Assembly: GCF_000012805.1 (NCBI RefSeq)
Contig: NC_007484.1
Coordinates: forward strand, 2,790,001-2,822,000
DNA: 32,000 bases
Source: Nitrosococcus oceani ATCC 19707
GTDB taxonomy: Bacteria > Pseudomonadota > Gammaproteobacteria > Nitrosococcales > Nitrosococcaceae
Reading direction: 5' to 3'
Shown here: one piece after another, positions 7,081-16,538 of the stretch
Position numbering within the stretch: position 1 is the first letter of the stretch
How the letters are laid out: the number at the start of each line of letters is the position of its first letter
Program-made: the position numbers and the translations under genes
The notes under the pieces: generated by a model
What the model saw: only the letters and a program-made list of their open reading frames with translations
Databases searched by the model: none
Told to the model about the DNA's origin: nothing

Positions 7081-8751
7081 TTGACCACTCCAAAACAAAA
7101 ATCTTCCTCTCTAAAGCCCATTCACCTTCTGCTAGTCGAAGATGAGGAGAGCCACGCGGTACTTATCCAACGGGTGCTACAGAAACACCCAAGCAGGCAA
7201 CCCTTTCATGTAACAATTGCAGGCAGCCTCCAGGAAGCTCGTGAGCACCTCCGTACGGCTGTCCCCGATCTTGCCATTATCGATATCCGCTTACCGGATG
7301 GCAGCGGCATTGATCTTCTGACAGCAGAAACCGGCGTTCCCTCTTTTCCTATCATCGTGACGACCAGTTACGGGGATGAGAAAATAGCGGTAAAAGCCAT
7401 GAAAGCGGGAGCACTAGACTATGTTGTAAAATCCGAAGCCGCTTTCAACGACCTATCCCATGTGGTTGAACGCGCCCTACGGCAATGGCATGAAATGTCC
7501 GAACGCAAGCGGGCCGAAAAAGAACTAGAGAATCAGGCCAAACAGCTCATGGCGCTGTCCCATATCAGTCACCAGGTACTCTCTGGAAAGGAAATTAATG
7601 CGCTGATGAGAGAAGCCGTCAGCCTGATCGGCCGCACCCTTAAAATCATCAAATGCGCCAAGATTCTAGAGCTGCTTCCCGATCATAAAACCTTGTTGCT
7701 ACGAGCCGCCACGGGCAGATGGAGTTCTCTAGTTGGCCAAACCACTGCTGTCTCTGATCAAGACCCCCTGATCAATCACGTTTTAGCTTCTGACGAAGTA
7801 GTTTTTGTCGAAGATTTACGCACCGATGAGCGGTTCAGGGGATCGTTTCTATTCGAACAGTATGGGCACATTAGCGGGATTAGCTTCCCCCTCTCTGGCC
7901 AGGATGGTTGCCTAGGCATCTTGTGGGCTTGCTCGGACCAGCGCTGGATGCTGAGCAACAATGACATTAGCTTTCTACAGTCGCTAGCAAACACTTTGGC
8001 AGTCGCCATCGAGCGTAAGAAGGCAGCAGCGCGGATGCGTAAGCTGCAAAACGATTTACTCCACGCTAACCAATTCAGCACGCTTGGTGAATTTGGGTCT
8101 ACGCTTGCTCATGAAGTCAACCAGCCCATCACTGCCGTTATTAATTACGTACGAGCTTGTCAGCAGATCATTATGGCGGGTAAAGAACCAACAACCCTCC
8201 AAACCATTCATGAACTCATGGATAAAACTGCCGGTGAAGCGGACCGGGCCGCTTCGATCATCCATCACCTTCGGGAATTCGCCCGAACTGGAGAGCTTTG
8301 CCGGACCTACGAAAGCCTTAACACCACGGTTCACGATGCCAGCCAGTTGGCTTTAGGGGAAGCGGCTGACGGTGATATCGCGGTTAATTTCGAACTTAGC
8401 CCTCGGTTACCCCCTCTTTACATTAATAAAATCCAAATTCAACAAGTTATATTTAATCTCGTTCGCAATGCGATTGAGGCACTTACAGAGACAGAAAGAA
8501 AAAGAATTACTATTAAAACAGCTTCAACCCGAAAACATACGGTTGAAGTCCAAGTTCAAGACACCGGCCCAGGCATTAACCCACTCTCCAAAGATAAAAT
8601 TTTCAAACAGCGCTTCTCCACAAAAAATAAGGGGATGGGCTTGGGGCTTCCCATCAGCCATTCAATTATCAAGGCTCATTACGGAGATTTATGGTTCTCT
8701 GAGACACCTGGCGGTGGTGCTACTTTCCACTTTACTCTTCCTATTACCTAG
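7081..8751 (+). CDS. Hybrid REC-GAF-histidine kinase with a FixL-type transmitter core
   Basis: 556 aa. The N-terminal receiver has LLLVEDEE, AIIDIRLPDGSG, IIVTTSYG and DYVVKS. A central GAF-like region is present. The H-box is STLAHEVNQPITAVINY, followed by IQIQQVIFNLVRNAIEA, DTGPGI, GMGLGLPISHSII and GGGATFHFTLP. The only in-frame start after the upstream stop (TGA 7066-7068) is TTG 7081, and it has no clear SD. Confidence 0.85.
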   Translation: MTTPKQKSSSLKPIHLLLVEDEESHAVLIQRVLQKHPSRQPFHVTIAGSLQEAREHLRTAVPDLAIIDIRLPDGSGIDLLTAETGVPSFPIIVTTSYGDEKIAVKAMKAGALDYVVKSEAAFNDLSHVVERALRQWHEMSERKRAEKELENQAKQLMALSHISHQVLSGKEINALMREAVSLIGRTLKIIKCAKILELLPDHKTLLLRAATGRWSSLVGQTTAVSDQDPLINHVLASDEVVFVEDLRTDERFRGSFLFEQYGHISGISFPLSGQDGCLGILWACSDQRWMLSNNDISFLQSLANTLAVAIERKKAAARMRKLQNDLLHANQFSTLGEFGSTLAHEVNQPITAVINYVRACQQIIMAGKEPTTLQTIHELMDKTAGEADRAASIIHHLREFARTGELCRTYESLNTTVHDASQLALGEAADGDIAVNFELSPRLPPLYINKIQIQQVIFNLVRNAIEALTETERKRITIKTASTRKHTVEVQVQDTGPGINPLSKDKIFKQRFSTKNKGMGLGLPISHSIIKAHYGDLWFSETPGGGATFHFTLPIT

Positions 8752-8827
8752 TAATCATAACCGATGAATAGCTAATTATACCTCTATTAAAAATACTGAC
8801 GTTTCCCAGTTGCACCAGACCAAGAAG

Positions 8828-9910
8828 CTAGCTTTCCAAATTATCTAAAATAGCCCCCTGAACCGACTCTAGGCTCGCTTCAACCGCTACCAGGGGCGCT
8901 TTGCTCTGGGCGATGGCGGTATCCGGATCCTTTAAACCGTGGCCAGTGAGGGTGCAAACGATTTTACTATCACTGGGTATTTTACCCGCTTCGATATCCC
9001 GTATCGCTCCAGCTAACCCAGCGGCCGAAGCGGGCTCGCAAAATACACCTTCTCTTTCCGCAAGTAATTTTTGAGCCGCCAGGATTTCTTCGTCGGTGCA
9101 GGCGCTAAACCAGCCCTGGGATTCCTCCTGTGCTTTCCATGCCTTGTCCCAACTTTGGGGATGGCCAATACGAATAGCGGTAGCAACCGTTTCCGGTTGG
9201 TCCACCATTTTACCCTCAAGAAAGGGAGCTGCCCCGCTGGCTTGATAACCGCACATGCGGGGCCGTGTATTGACGATCCCATGGGCATGATATTCACTGT
9301 AGCCCATCCAATGGGCAGTGATATTGCCTGCGTTGCCCACCGGTAAGCAATGGAAATCCGGGGCACATTCCAGCTCTTCGATGATCTCGAAGGCCGCCGT
9401 TTTTTGTCCCTGGATACGGTAAGGATTAATAGAGTTCACAATGGTCACGGGCGCTTTATTCGCCACTTCCTTGACTAATTGCATGCCTTTATCGAAGTTA
9501 CCCTTGATTTGGATGACGATTGCTCCGTGCATCATAGCCTGAGCAAGCTTGCCATGGGCGATTTTACCTTCCGGGATAAGCACGAATGCAGTAATTCCCG
9601 CCCGTGCCGCATAGGCAGCCGCCGAGGCCGAAGTATTACCGGTGGAGGCGCAGATAATAGCCCGGCTACCCTCCTCGACGGCCTTCGTAACAGCCATAGT
9701 CATACCACGGTCTTTAAAAGAACTTGTCGGGTTTAGTCCTTCATACTTAATATAGATATCAACCTCCCGGCCCAACACTCGCGGAATATTATTCAGCCTA
9801 ATAAGGGGAGTATTTCCCTCTCCCAGGCTTATTACCCGAGTGTCGTCATGGACCGATAAGCGGTCCCGGTATTTATCGATAAGGCCAGTATAACGAGATC
9901 GAAATGGCAT
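8828..9910 (-). CDS. thrC: Threonine synthase
   Basis: 360 aa. The PLP-lysine motif is [11 protein letters not shown] and the overall sequence is ThrC-like. It lies immediately downstream of hom on the same strand. Confidence 0.95.
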   Translation of the reverse strand: MPFRSRYTGLIDKYRDRLSVHDDTRVISLGEGNTPLIRLNNIPRVLGREVDIYIKYEGLNPTSSFKDRGMTMAVTKAVEEGSRAIICASTGNTSASAAAYAARAGITAFVLIPEGKIAHGKLAQAMMHGAIVIQIKGNFDKGMQLVKEVANKAPVTIVNSINPYRIQGQKTAAFEIIEELECAPDFHCLPVGNAGNITAHWMGYSEYHAHGIVNTRPRMCGYQASGAAPFLEGKMVDQPETVATAIRIGHPQSWDKAWKAQEESQGWFSACTDEEILAAQKLLAEREGVFCEPASAAGLAGAIRDIEAGKIPSDSKIVCTLTGHGLKDPDTAIAQSKAPLVAVEASLESVQGAILDNLES

Positions 9911-9999
9911 AATAAAAAATCCTAACTTAATTTTAGAAGGAACTAGATAAACTGATATTAAGGAAAATTTTCTAAAAAGCTATGAAAAAACGAGCTTTC

Positions 10000-11310
10000 C
10001 TAACACAGAGTCTCTAAGCGGATCCGGGTCACCGGCCCTGCGATGGACTCTAAGGCTTCAATACGGCGAATAGCTTCGTTCATATTCCGTTCCAGCACAG
10101 GTTGGGTCAGCATGATAATAGGCACGTGGTTCTCCCCTGCCGCAGGTTCCTTCTGAAGGATCGCCTCAATACTGATACTTTGATCCCCAAATACTCGGGT
10201 GACCTCGGCCAGTACGCCCGGCTCATCCATCGCCCGCATCCGCAGATAATAGGCGGTTTTTACCTCTTCCATCGAAAGAATGGGGAGATCCACCAAGGCA
10301 TCGGGTTGAAAAGCAAGATGCGGTACTCGGTTTTCTGGGTCAGAAGTTAATGCCCGAACCACATCCACCAGATCAGCAACCACGGCGGAGGCCGTGGGAT
10401 CAGCGCCTGCACCAGGGCCATAGTAAAGAGTCGATCCCACCGCATCTCCCTTTACCAGGATCGCATTCATGACTCCTTCTACATTGGCGATCAAGCGGCG
10501 ATAGGGAATAAGGGTAGGGTGTACTCTCAGTTCAACCCCCTCTGCCAAGCGGCGCGCAATGCCCAGATGTTTGATCCGGTAACCCAATTGTCCAGCGTAA
10601 TCGATATCCTCACGGGTAATGGCACCAATTCCCTCTGTATAGACTTGCTCAAACTGTAACGGAATACCGAAAGCAATAGAGGCTAAAATCGTCAACTTAT
10701 GGGCAGCATCAATGCCCTCTATGTCAAAAGTAGGATTTGCCTCTGCATAGCCTCGGTGTTGAGCATCCACTAGCGCTTCAGCAAAATCACACCCTTTATC
10801 CCGCATCTCGGTGAGGATAAAATTACTCGTACCATTGATAATTCCGGCTAACCATTCGATATGGTTACCCGCAAGACCTTCACGCAGAGCCTTGATAATG
10901 GGAATACCTCCCCCTACCGCCGCTTCAAAAGCAACCATTACGCCCGCTTTTTGAGCCGCCTCAAAGATCTCGTTGCCATAAAGTGCAATCAGCGCTTTGT
11001 TAGCTGTAACCACATGCTTACCCTCGGCAATCGCCTTCAGCACTAGGGTACGGGCTAAATCAGTCCCCCCTATGAGTTCAACGATAATTTCGATCTGGGG
11101 ATCGGCCACCACTTCATGGGGGTTAGTCGTTAACCAGATACCTTCTGTATCACAGCTGCGGGCCTTACGGGAGTCGCGGGTCGCAGCACAGTAGACCTGG
11201 ATACCACGCCCAGCGCGGCGGGTAATTTCTTCGGCATTACCCGAGAGAACATTGACTGTACCGCCACCCACCGTACCTAAACCAAGCAAACCTACCTTAA
11301 CCGGCTCCAA
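10000..11310 (-). CDS. hom: Homoserine dehydrogenase (with C-terminal ACT domain)
   Basis: 436 aa. It has the N-terminal Rossmann motif VGLLGLGTVGGG, a catalytic domain and a C-terminal ACT-like regulatory domain. The TTG start is preceded by AAGGAG 8 nt upstream. Confidence 0.95.
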   Translation of the reverse strand: MEPVKVGLLGLGTVGGGTVNVLSGNAEEITRRAGRGIQVYCAATRDSRKARSCDTEGIWLTTNPHEVVADPQIEIIVELIGGTDLARTLVLKAIAEGKHVVTANKALIALYGNEIFEAAQKAGVMVAFEAAVGGGIPIIKALREGLAGNHIEWLAGIINGTSNFILTEMRDKGCDFAEALVDAQHRGYAEANPTFDIEGIDAAHKLTILASIAFGIPLQFEQVYTEGIGAITREDIDYAGQLGYRIKHLGIARRLAEGVELRVHPTLIPYRRLIANVEGVMNAILVKGDAVGSTLYYGPGAGADPTASAVVADLVDVVRALTSDPENRVPHLAFQPDALVDLPILSMEEVKTAYYLRMRAMDEPGVLAEVTRVFGDQSISIEAILQKEPAAGENHVPIIMLTQPVLERNMNEAIRRIEALESIAGPVTRIRLETLC

Positions 11311-11346
11311 CAGGCTTCTCCTTAATTAAAAAAATAATAAAATACT

Positions 11347-12528
11347 TCACTGGGCCTGCCTAAACATTTGCCGTATCCCACGGATAGCTTGGCGGGTACG
11401 GTGTTCATTCTCAATTAAACTGAAACGAACATAATCGTCACCATAGGTACCAAAACCCACCCCAGGCGAGACCGCTACTTTAGCCTCGTTCAGCAGTTTT
11501 TTAGAAAACTCTAAAGACCCCAAATGGCGAAACGGCTCTGGAATAGGCGCCCAAACAAACATGGTAGCCTTAGGCAGTTCCACCTGCCAACCCGTAGCTG
11601 CAAGGCCCTGGCACAAAACGTCGCGGCGCCTTCGATAAGCTTCGCAAATCACTTTTACACAATCCTGAGAACTTTCCAAGGCGGTAATGGCTGCCACTTG
11701 AATAGGCGTAAACATGCCATAATCCAAATAGGATTTCATCCGGGTAAGGGCAGCAATTAGCGCCGGATTACCGCACATAAATCCCACTCGCCAGCCCGGC
11801 ATGCTATAAGTTTTGGACAAAGAATAAAACTCTACGGCAATATCCTTGGCTCCAGGCACCTGCAAAATCGAGGGTGCGACGTAATCATCAAACACAATCT
11901 CGGCATACGCAAGATCATGCACCACCCAAATCTCGTGCTCGCGAGCAACCCCGATGACCTGCTCAAAGAAAGAAAGATCCACGCACTGGCCGGTGGGATT
12001 AGCAGGAAAATTGAGGACCAACATTTTAGGGCGAGGCCAAGTATCCTTAATGGCTTTTTCTAATTCAGCAAAGAAGTCCACTCCTGATACTAACGGGACA
12101 TGGCGTATATCGGCCCCAGCAATCACAACACCATAGGGGTGGATCGGATAGGCTGGATTAGGCACTAATACGGCATCGCCCGGCCCTAAAGTAGCCAGTG
12201 CCAGGTGCGCCAACCCTTCCTTAGAGCCAATAGTCACAATGGCTTCGCTTTCAGGATCTAACGTTATATTATAGCGTTTCCGATACCATTGGCAGATAGC
12301 TCGGCGCAGCCGCGGAATTCCTCGCGAGACGGAATAACGATGGGTATCCGGGCGCTGTGCAGCCTCCACCAATTTATCCACAATATGCTTCGGCGTGGGC
12401 TGATCAGGATTGCCCATCCCAAAATCGATAATATCTTCTCCCCGAGCTCGAGCCTTCGCCTTTAGCTCGTTGACGATATTAAAGACATAAGGGGGGAGGC
12501 GTTGAATGCGTGGAAATTCCTTAATCAA
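11347..12528 (-). CDS. alaC: Class I PLP aminotransferase, AlaC (YfdZ)-like glutamate-pyruvate aminotransferase
   Basis: 393 aa. There are long collinear matches to remembered E. coli AlaC: [73 protein letters not shown] and [15 protein letters not shown]. The start is TTG. Confidence 0.85.
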   Translation of the reverse strand: MIKEFPRIQRLPPYVFNIVNELKAKARARGEDIIDFGMGNPDQPTPKHIVDKLVEAAQRPDTHRYSVSRGIPRLRRAICQWYRKRYNITLDPESEAIVTIGSKEGLAHLALATLGPGDAVLVPNPAYPIHPYGVVIAGADIRHVPLVSGVDFFAELEKAIKDTWPRPKMLVLNFPANPTGQCVDLSFFEQVIGVAREHEIWVVHDLAYAEIVFDDYVAPSILQVPGAKDIAVEFYSLSKTYSMPGWRVGFMCGNPALIAALTRMKSYLDYGMFTPIQVAAITALESSQDCVKVICEAYRRRRDVLCQGLAATGWQVELPKATMFVWAPIPEPFRHLGSLEFSKKLLNEAKVAVSPGVGFGTYGDDYVRFSLIENEHRTRQAIRGIRQMFRQAQ

Positions 12529-12730
12529 ATGAGTTACCTACTAGCCAACTGAAAATACTGAATGGTAAAAAAGAGTGTTAAATATCCTTGCAACCCGTTA
12601 CCAGCAGATTAATGCGAGCATCAAGGCGGTTGCTGCTTTGAAAATTTAAACAATCCTTTATATGGCCGATATGTAAAACGAGCGGCATTGCTAGGAAGCA
12701 TTATTCATCAAGTTTCCATATCAAAAACTA

Positions 12731-13594
12731 ATGCGCTATCAGCGCCCGGAGGAAAACGAGGTGGTACAATTGGAGCAATTTTGCACCGAAATCCTTGAAG
12801 ATCTGGCCAATAATCAATTGGTATTACCTACCTTGCCCGAGGTTGCGCTCAAGATTCGGGAAGTGGTTGATGATCCGAACACATCGGCTGCCGACGTCGC
12901 AAAAATCATTGTCACCGATACCGCTCTCTCCGTACGCCTGATTAAAATCGCTAACAGCCCCCTCTACCGTGGCCGCCATCCCATTAATAACGTCCAAACA
13001 GCCTTGGCCCGCCTAGGCACTGCCTTGGTGCGTAACCTCGTTACCAGCCTGGTAATGGAGCAAATATTCCAAGCAACCTCCGAATCCTTAGATTGGCGCA
13101 TGCGCAAGCTTTGGGAGCAAAGCACCCAAATAGCTACGATCGCCTATGTACTCGCCGGTCAGAAGAATAAGCTTAAACCTGACGAAGCATTGCTTGCAGG
13201 GCTTATTCATCAAGTCGGCCTACTCCCTATTCTCCTGCGTGCTGAAGATATGCCGGAATTGCTAGAGAACGAAGCGGCGCTAGATGAAATTATGACACAA
13301 CTTTCTAGTACTCTTGGTAAAGCCATCCTAGAAAGCTGGCGCTTTCCACCAGAGCTTGTAGCTGTTACCGCCGAACATAACGATCTGCAGCGCAATCCAA
13401 AACCAGAACCGGACTTAGTAGATGTGGTTATTGTAGCGAAATTGCAAAGTAACCTTAGCACCATCGAATCTTATAAAGACTGGCACACCATACCCGCTTT
13501 TGCCAAACTAGGCTTTAGCACGGATATTAGCGTGATTGATCTAGAAGGAAACGAAGCCGAAGTCCATGAAGTCAGAACAATGCTTGCTACCTGA
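12731..13594 (+). CDS. HDOD-domain signalling protein (stand-alone)
   Basis: 287 aa. The HDOD N-terminal pattern is LPTLPEVALKIREVVDDPNTSAADVAKIIVTDTALSVRLIKIANSPLY, followed by VQTALARLG. No additional catalytic domain is evident. Confidence 0.8.
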   Translation: MRYQRPEENEVVQLEQFCTEILEDLANNQLVLPTLPEVALKIREVVDDPNTSAADVAKIIVTDTALSVRLIKIANSPLYRGRHPINNVQTALARLGTALVRNLVTSLVMEQIFQATSESLDWRMRKLWEQSTQIATIAYVLAGQKNKLKPDEALLAGLIHQVGLLPILLRAEDMPELLENEAALDEIMTQLSSTLGKAILESWRFPPELVAVTAEHNDLQRNPKPEPDLVDVVIVAKLQSNLSTIESYKDWHTIPAFAKLGFSTDISVIDLEGNEAEVHEVRTMLAT

Positions 13595-13637
13595 GAAATA
13601 CCCTCTGTTGGAAATTAAAAAATACTTTCTAAAGTTG

Positions 13638-14558
13638 CTAGGTATCTGCATAACCTAAATGATGCAGCAGACGTTCATTATCCGACCACCCTTCGCGAAC
13701 TTTGACCCATAACTCCAAATAAACTTTACTTCCAAACATCCGCTCCATATCAAGACGAGCCTCATAGCCAATACGTTTGAGGCCTTCCCCTTTCTTCCCA
13801 ATCACGATAGCTTTCTGCCCTGGACGCTCGACGTAAATCGTCGCAGCAATCCGGTAAAGATTTTTTTCTTCCTCAAGGGATTCCACAAATACTGTGAGCG
13901 CATAGGGTAATTCTTGCCCCAAATAACGGGTTAGTTTCTCACGGATAAGTTCCGCCGCTAGGAAGCGTTCACTACGGTCCGTCACCTGATCCTCAGGATA
14001 AGCCATCGGTCCCTCTGGCAGCAATTCAGCAACTTTGCTCTCCAACACTGCCACATTATCCCCTTTCCATGCTGATACAGGAATAATGGCAGCAAACTCC
14101 CTTTTCTTAGAGAGCGTGGCTATCGCTGGCAACAACGATTTTTTGTCGATGATCCGGTCCACTTTATTAAGAACAAGGACAATGGGAACTGCACACCTAC
14201 GTAATCGCTGCAAGATCCATTCGTCATCCTTAGTGAACTGAAAGGCTTCGATTACGAACAGGATCAGATCAACTTCCTCAAGAGTAGAGTCTATAGCCCG
14301 ATTTAGATAGCGATTCATGAGCCGACGCTCTTTATCCTGAAAACCAGGGGTATCCACATAAATTGCCTGGATACCGGCCAAAGTCTTGATCCCTAAAATC
14401 CGGTGACGGGTGGTCTGAGGCCGGCGTGAAGTAATACTAATTTTTTGACCTAGGATACGATTGAGCAAACTGGACTTTCCCACATTAGGGCGGCCAATAA
14501 TGGCAATATAACCACAGCGAATACCTTGCGTACCCTCTTGGGTTAACATCTCAGACAT
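13638..14558 (-). CDS. era: GTPase Era
   Basis: 306 aa. It has G1 GRPNVGKSS, G3 DTPG, G4 NKVD and a C-terminal KH domain. It overlaps the rnc stop by 8 nt, the classical rnc-era arrangement. Confidence 0.95.
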   Translation of the reverse strand: MSEMLTQEGTQGIRCGYIAIIGRPNVGKSSLLNRILGQKISITSRRPQTTRHRILGIKTLAGIQAIYVDTPGFQDKERRLMNRYLNRAIDSTLEEVDLILFVIEAFQFTKDDEWILQRLRRCAVPIVLVLNKVDRIIDKKSLLPAIATLSKKREFAAIIPVSAWKGDNVAVLESKVAELLPEGPMAYPEDQVTDRSERFLAAELIREKLTRYLGQELPYALTVFVESLEEEKNLYRIAATIYVERPGQKAIVIGKKGEGLKRIGYEARLDMERMFGSKVYLELWVKVREGWSDNERLLHHLGYADT

Positions 14559-15252
14559 TCATATCCTCATTTTCCGCTAGCAACAGAGCCAAAGCCCGAG
14601 TTGCTGCATCCTGTTCAGCCTTACGGCGACTGCGGCCAATACCTATTACTGAAGGAAAGGTGTTATTGAGGGTGCATTCGACCTGGAAAACTTGATCATG
14701 GGCTTCCCCGCTCACCGCGCTTACCCGATAATCGGGCAGGGGAAACTGCCGGGCCTGCAGATACTCTTGGAGACGGGTCTTGGGATCCTTGAGATTAAGG
14801 AGAGCTTCATTGGTAAGTGTCTCTAGCCGATCCCGATAAAGAGAACTCACCAACTTACGACAAGCCTCTAATCCCCCATCTAGGTAAACAGCGCCTATCA
14901 CCGCCTCAAAGGCGTCTGCAAGTATGGAGGTACGACGATAGCCACCACTTTTTAATTCACCCAGACCGAGGATCAAATGATCTCCAATTTCAAGCTCCCG
15001 GGCTAACTCCGCCAGAGTTTCTCCTTTAACTAATGTAGCCCGAAGTCGGCTTAATTCTCCTTCCTGAGCTCTAGGAAAACCACTATAAAGGAAGTCAGCA
15101 ATGAGAAAATTCAGAATAGAATCTCCCAGGAATTCCAGGCGCTCATTATTCTCCTTAGTAGCGCTACGGTGGGTTATCGCATGGCGTAATAGGGCTGGTT
15201 CTGCGAACCTGTAGCCTAATTTTCGGCACAGCCGTTCCAAACCGTCGGTCAA
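14551..15252 (-). CDS. rnc: Ribonuclease III
   Basis: 233 aa. It has the RNase III signature ERLEFLGDSILNF, plus FEAVIGAVYLD and a C-terminal dsRBD. Confidence 0.95.
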   Translation of the reverse strand: MTDGLERLCRKLGYRFAEPALLRHAITHRSATKENNERLEFLGDSILNFLIADFLYSGFPRAQEGELSRLRATLVKGETLAELARELEIGDHLILGLGELKSGGYRRTSILADAFEAVIGAVYLDGGLEACRKLVSSLYRDRLETLTNEALLNLKDPKTRLQEYLQARQFPLPDYRVSAVSGEAHDQVFQVECTLNNTFPSVIGIGRSRRKAEQDAATRALALLLAENEDMNV

Positions 15253-15623
15253 GGCGAAGAAACCTCGATTAGAGGGTTAAAATGGGCCATCAGGTCGATA
15301 TTACCCAGAAAAGGGGTGCGCACTTCATAATCAACAGCCACCGTTACCGTACGGCGGGTTTTAATAATTTCAATATTTTCCTTGGAAACATGAGCAACAT
15401 CATTGATATCCAGACGCCGCAGTAAAGCATTACGGATATTGGTTTTACCCATTGCATGTAAATCGGGCTGATTAACCAAAGATTCTAAAGATGTTTTCAC
15501 ACTAAAATATTCCATATAGAGGGGAAAAAGGCGCATTATGCCCAGGCCGACCAAAGCCAATAAAGCGAGCACCAAAATCCAGCCTAAAAAGCTCATGCCT
15601 CCCTGTTGTTTTCTATAATGCAT
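15249..15623 (-). CDS. DUF4845-like small membrane-anchored protein
   Basis: 124 aa with a single N-terminal TM segment (FLGWILVLALLALVGLGIM). It sits in the conserved slot between lepB and rnc. It overlaps the rnc start by 4 nt. Confidence 0.7.
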   Translation of the reverse strand: MHYRKQQGGMSFLGWILVLALLALVGLGIMRLFPLYMEYFSVKTSLESLVNQPDLHAMGKTNIRNALLRRLDINDVAHVSKENIEIIKTRRTVTVAVDYEVRTPFLGNIDLMAHFNPLIEVSSP

Positions 15624-15643
15624 CCCCCCGTCCCTTTAATCTA

Positions 15644-16465
15644 TTATTGAATGGGCTCTCCAATACGGTTCCAAACAACTCCACCCTGATCCCACTGCCA
15701 GCTCATCCAAACCATAAAAGCCTTACCCACCAGATTTTCTTCAGGCACTACCCCCCAAAAGCGGCTATCATTACTCCGATCCCGATTATCTCCCATCATA
15801 AAATAGTGGCCTTCAGGAATAATGTACTCGCCTTCCACTAGGCTTGTTCCAGGCTCCACTACAATCTGGTGTTCCCTATTCCCCAAATGTTCTACCCGAA
15901 GCACTGCGGAATGATTATAAGAGGAATCCTCCTGGTAGTAAGGCCCGACGCTCTCCTGCGGCATGAGTTCACCATTAATATAAACGGTTTTATTAAAGTA
16001 ACCGATGCGATCCCCTGGCAACCCGACCACCCGCTTAATATAATCAACGCTAGGATCCTTTGGGTAGCGAAAAACAACGACATCGCCCCGCTGAGGCTCC
16101 CCCATATCAATAATCTTCTTATTAATAACTGGTAAGCGGATTCCATAAATAAACTTATTAACCAGAATAAAATCCCCTACCCGAAGGGTTGGGATCATAG
16201 ACCCTGAGGGAATGCGGAAAGGCTCTACCAAAAATGAGCGCAGCACTAAGACAATGACAATGATGGGGAAAAAGGAACGGGCATATTCCACCAGTACTGG
16301 CTCCTTACTGGCCTCTTTTAAGTCAACCTGGCCAGCTCCTCCTTTTCTAGCCGCTGCTTCACGCCGGGCTGGCGCCCACAGCCAAGCATCCAACCCCCAA
16401 ATCGTGCCTGTGATCACAGCAGCGGCCAACATTATCGTAGGAAAATCCACATTCATCGGAAACAC
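15644..16465 (-). CDS. lepB: Signal peptidase I
   Basis: 273 aa. The catalytic Ser box is PSGSMIPTL, the Lys box is YIKRVVGLPGD, and GDNRDRSNDSRFWG is present. The ORF start at 16465 is GTG. An alternative ATG at 16456 (MNVDFP...) is equally plausible. Confidence 0.95.
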   Translation of the reverse strand: MFPMNVDFPTIMLAAAVITGTIWGLDAWLWAPARREAAARKGGAGQVDLKEASKEPVLVEYARSFFPIIVIVLVLRSFLVEPFRIPSGSMIPTLRVGDFILVNKFIYGIRLPVINKKIIDMGEPQRGDVVVFRYPKDPSVDYIKRVVGLPGDRIGYFNKTVYINGELMPQESVGPYYQEDSSYNHSAVLRVEHLGNREHQIVVEPGTSLVEGEYIIPEGHYFMMGDNRDRSNDSRFWGVVPEENLVGKAFMVWMSWQWDQGGVVWNRIGEPIQ

Positions 16466-16538
16466 TTACCTTAAATTGACAGAATTACAGTTTAGAAAAT
16501 TTTTGACAATCAATCTTGGCCTTGCCTTTGGGGTATGT

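Noticed and set aside
8372-8767. 131-aa plus-strand ORF overlapping the 3' end of the hybrid kinase in another frame
   Set aside because: The kinase frame carries the conserved N, G1 and G2 boxes across this interval. The alternative frame is low-complexity and has no motif.
9013-9366. 117-aa ORF inside thrC (and the similar 9071-9346 and 9479-9736 ORFs)
   Set aside because: These are embedded in and out of frame with a full-length, motif-bearing threonine synthase, so they are shadow ORFs.
12699-12713. Exact 15-mer CATTATTCATCAAGT shared with 30006-30020; both copies lie upstream of a gene start (HDOD and HU-like)
   Set aside because: About one exact 15-mer repeat is expected by chance in 32 kb counting both strands (about N^2/4^15). 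The two copies also have opposite orientation relative to their downstream genes.
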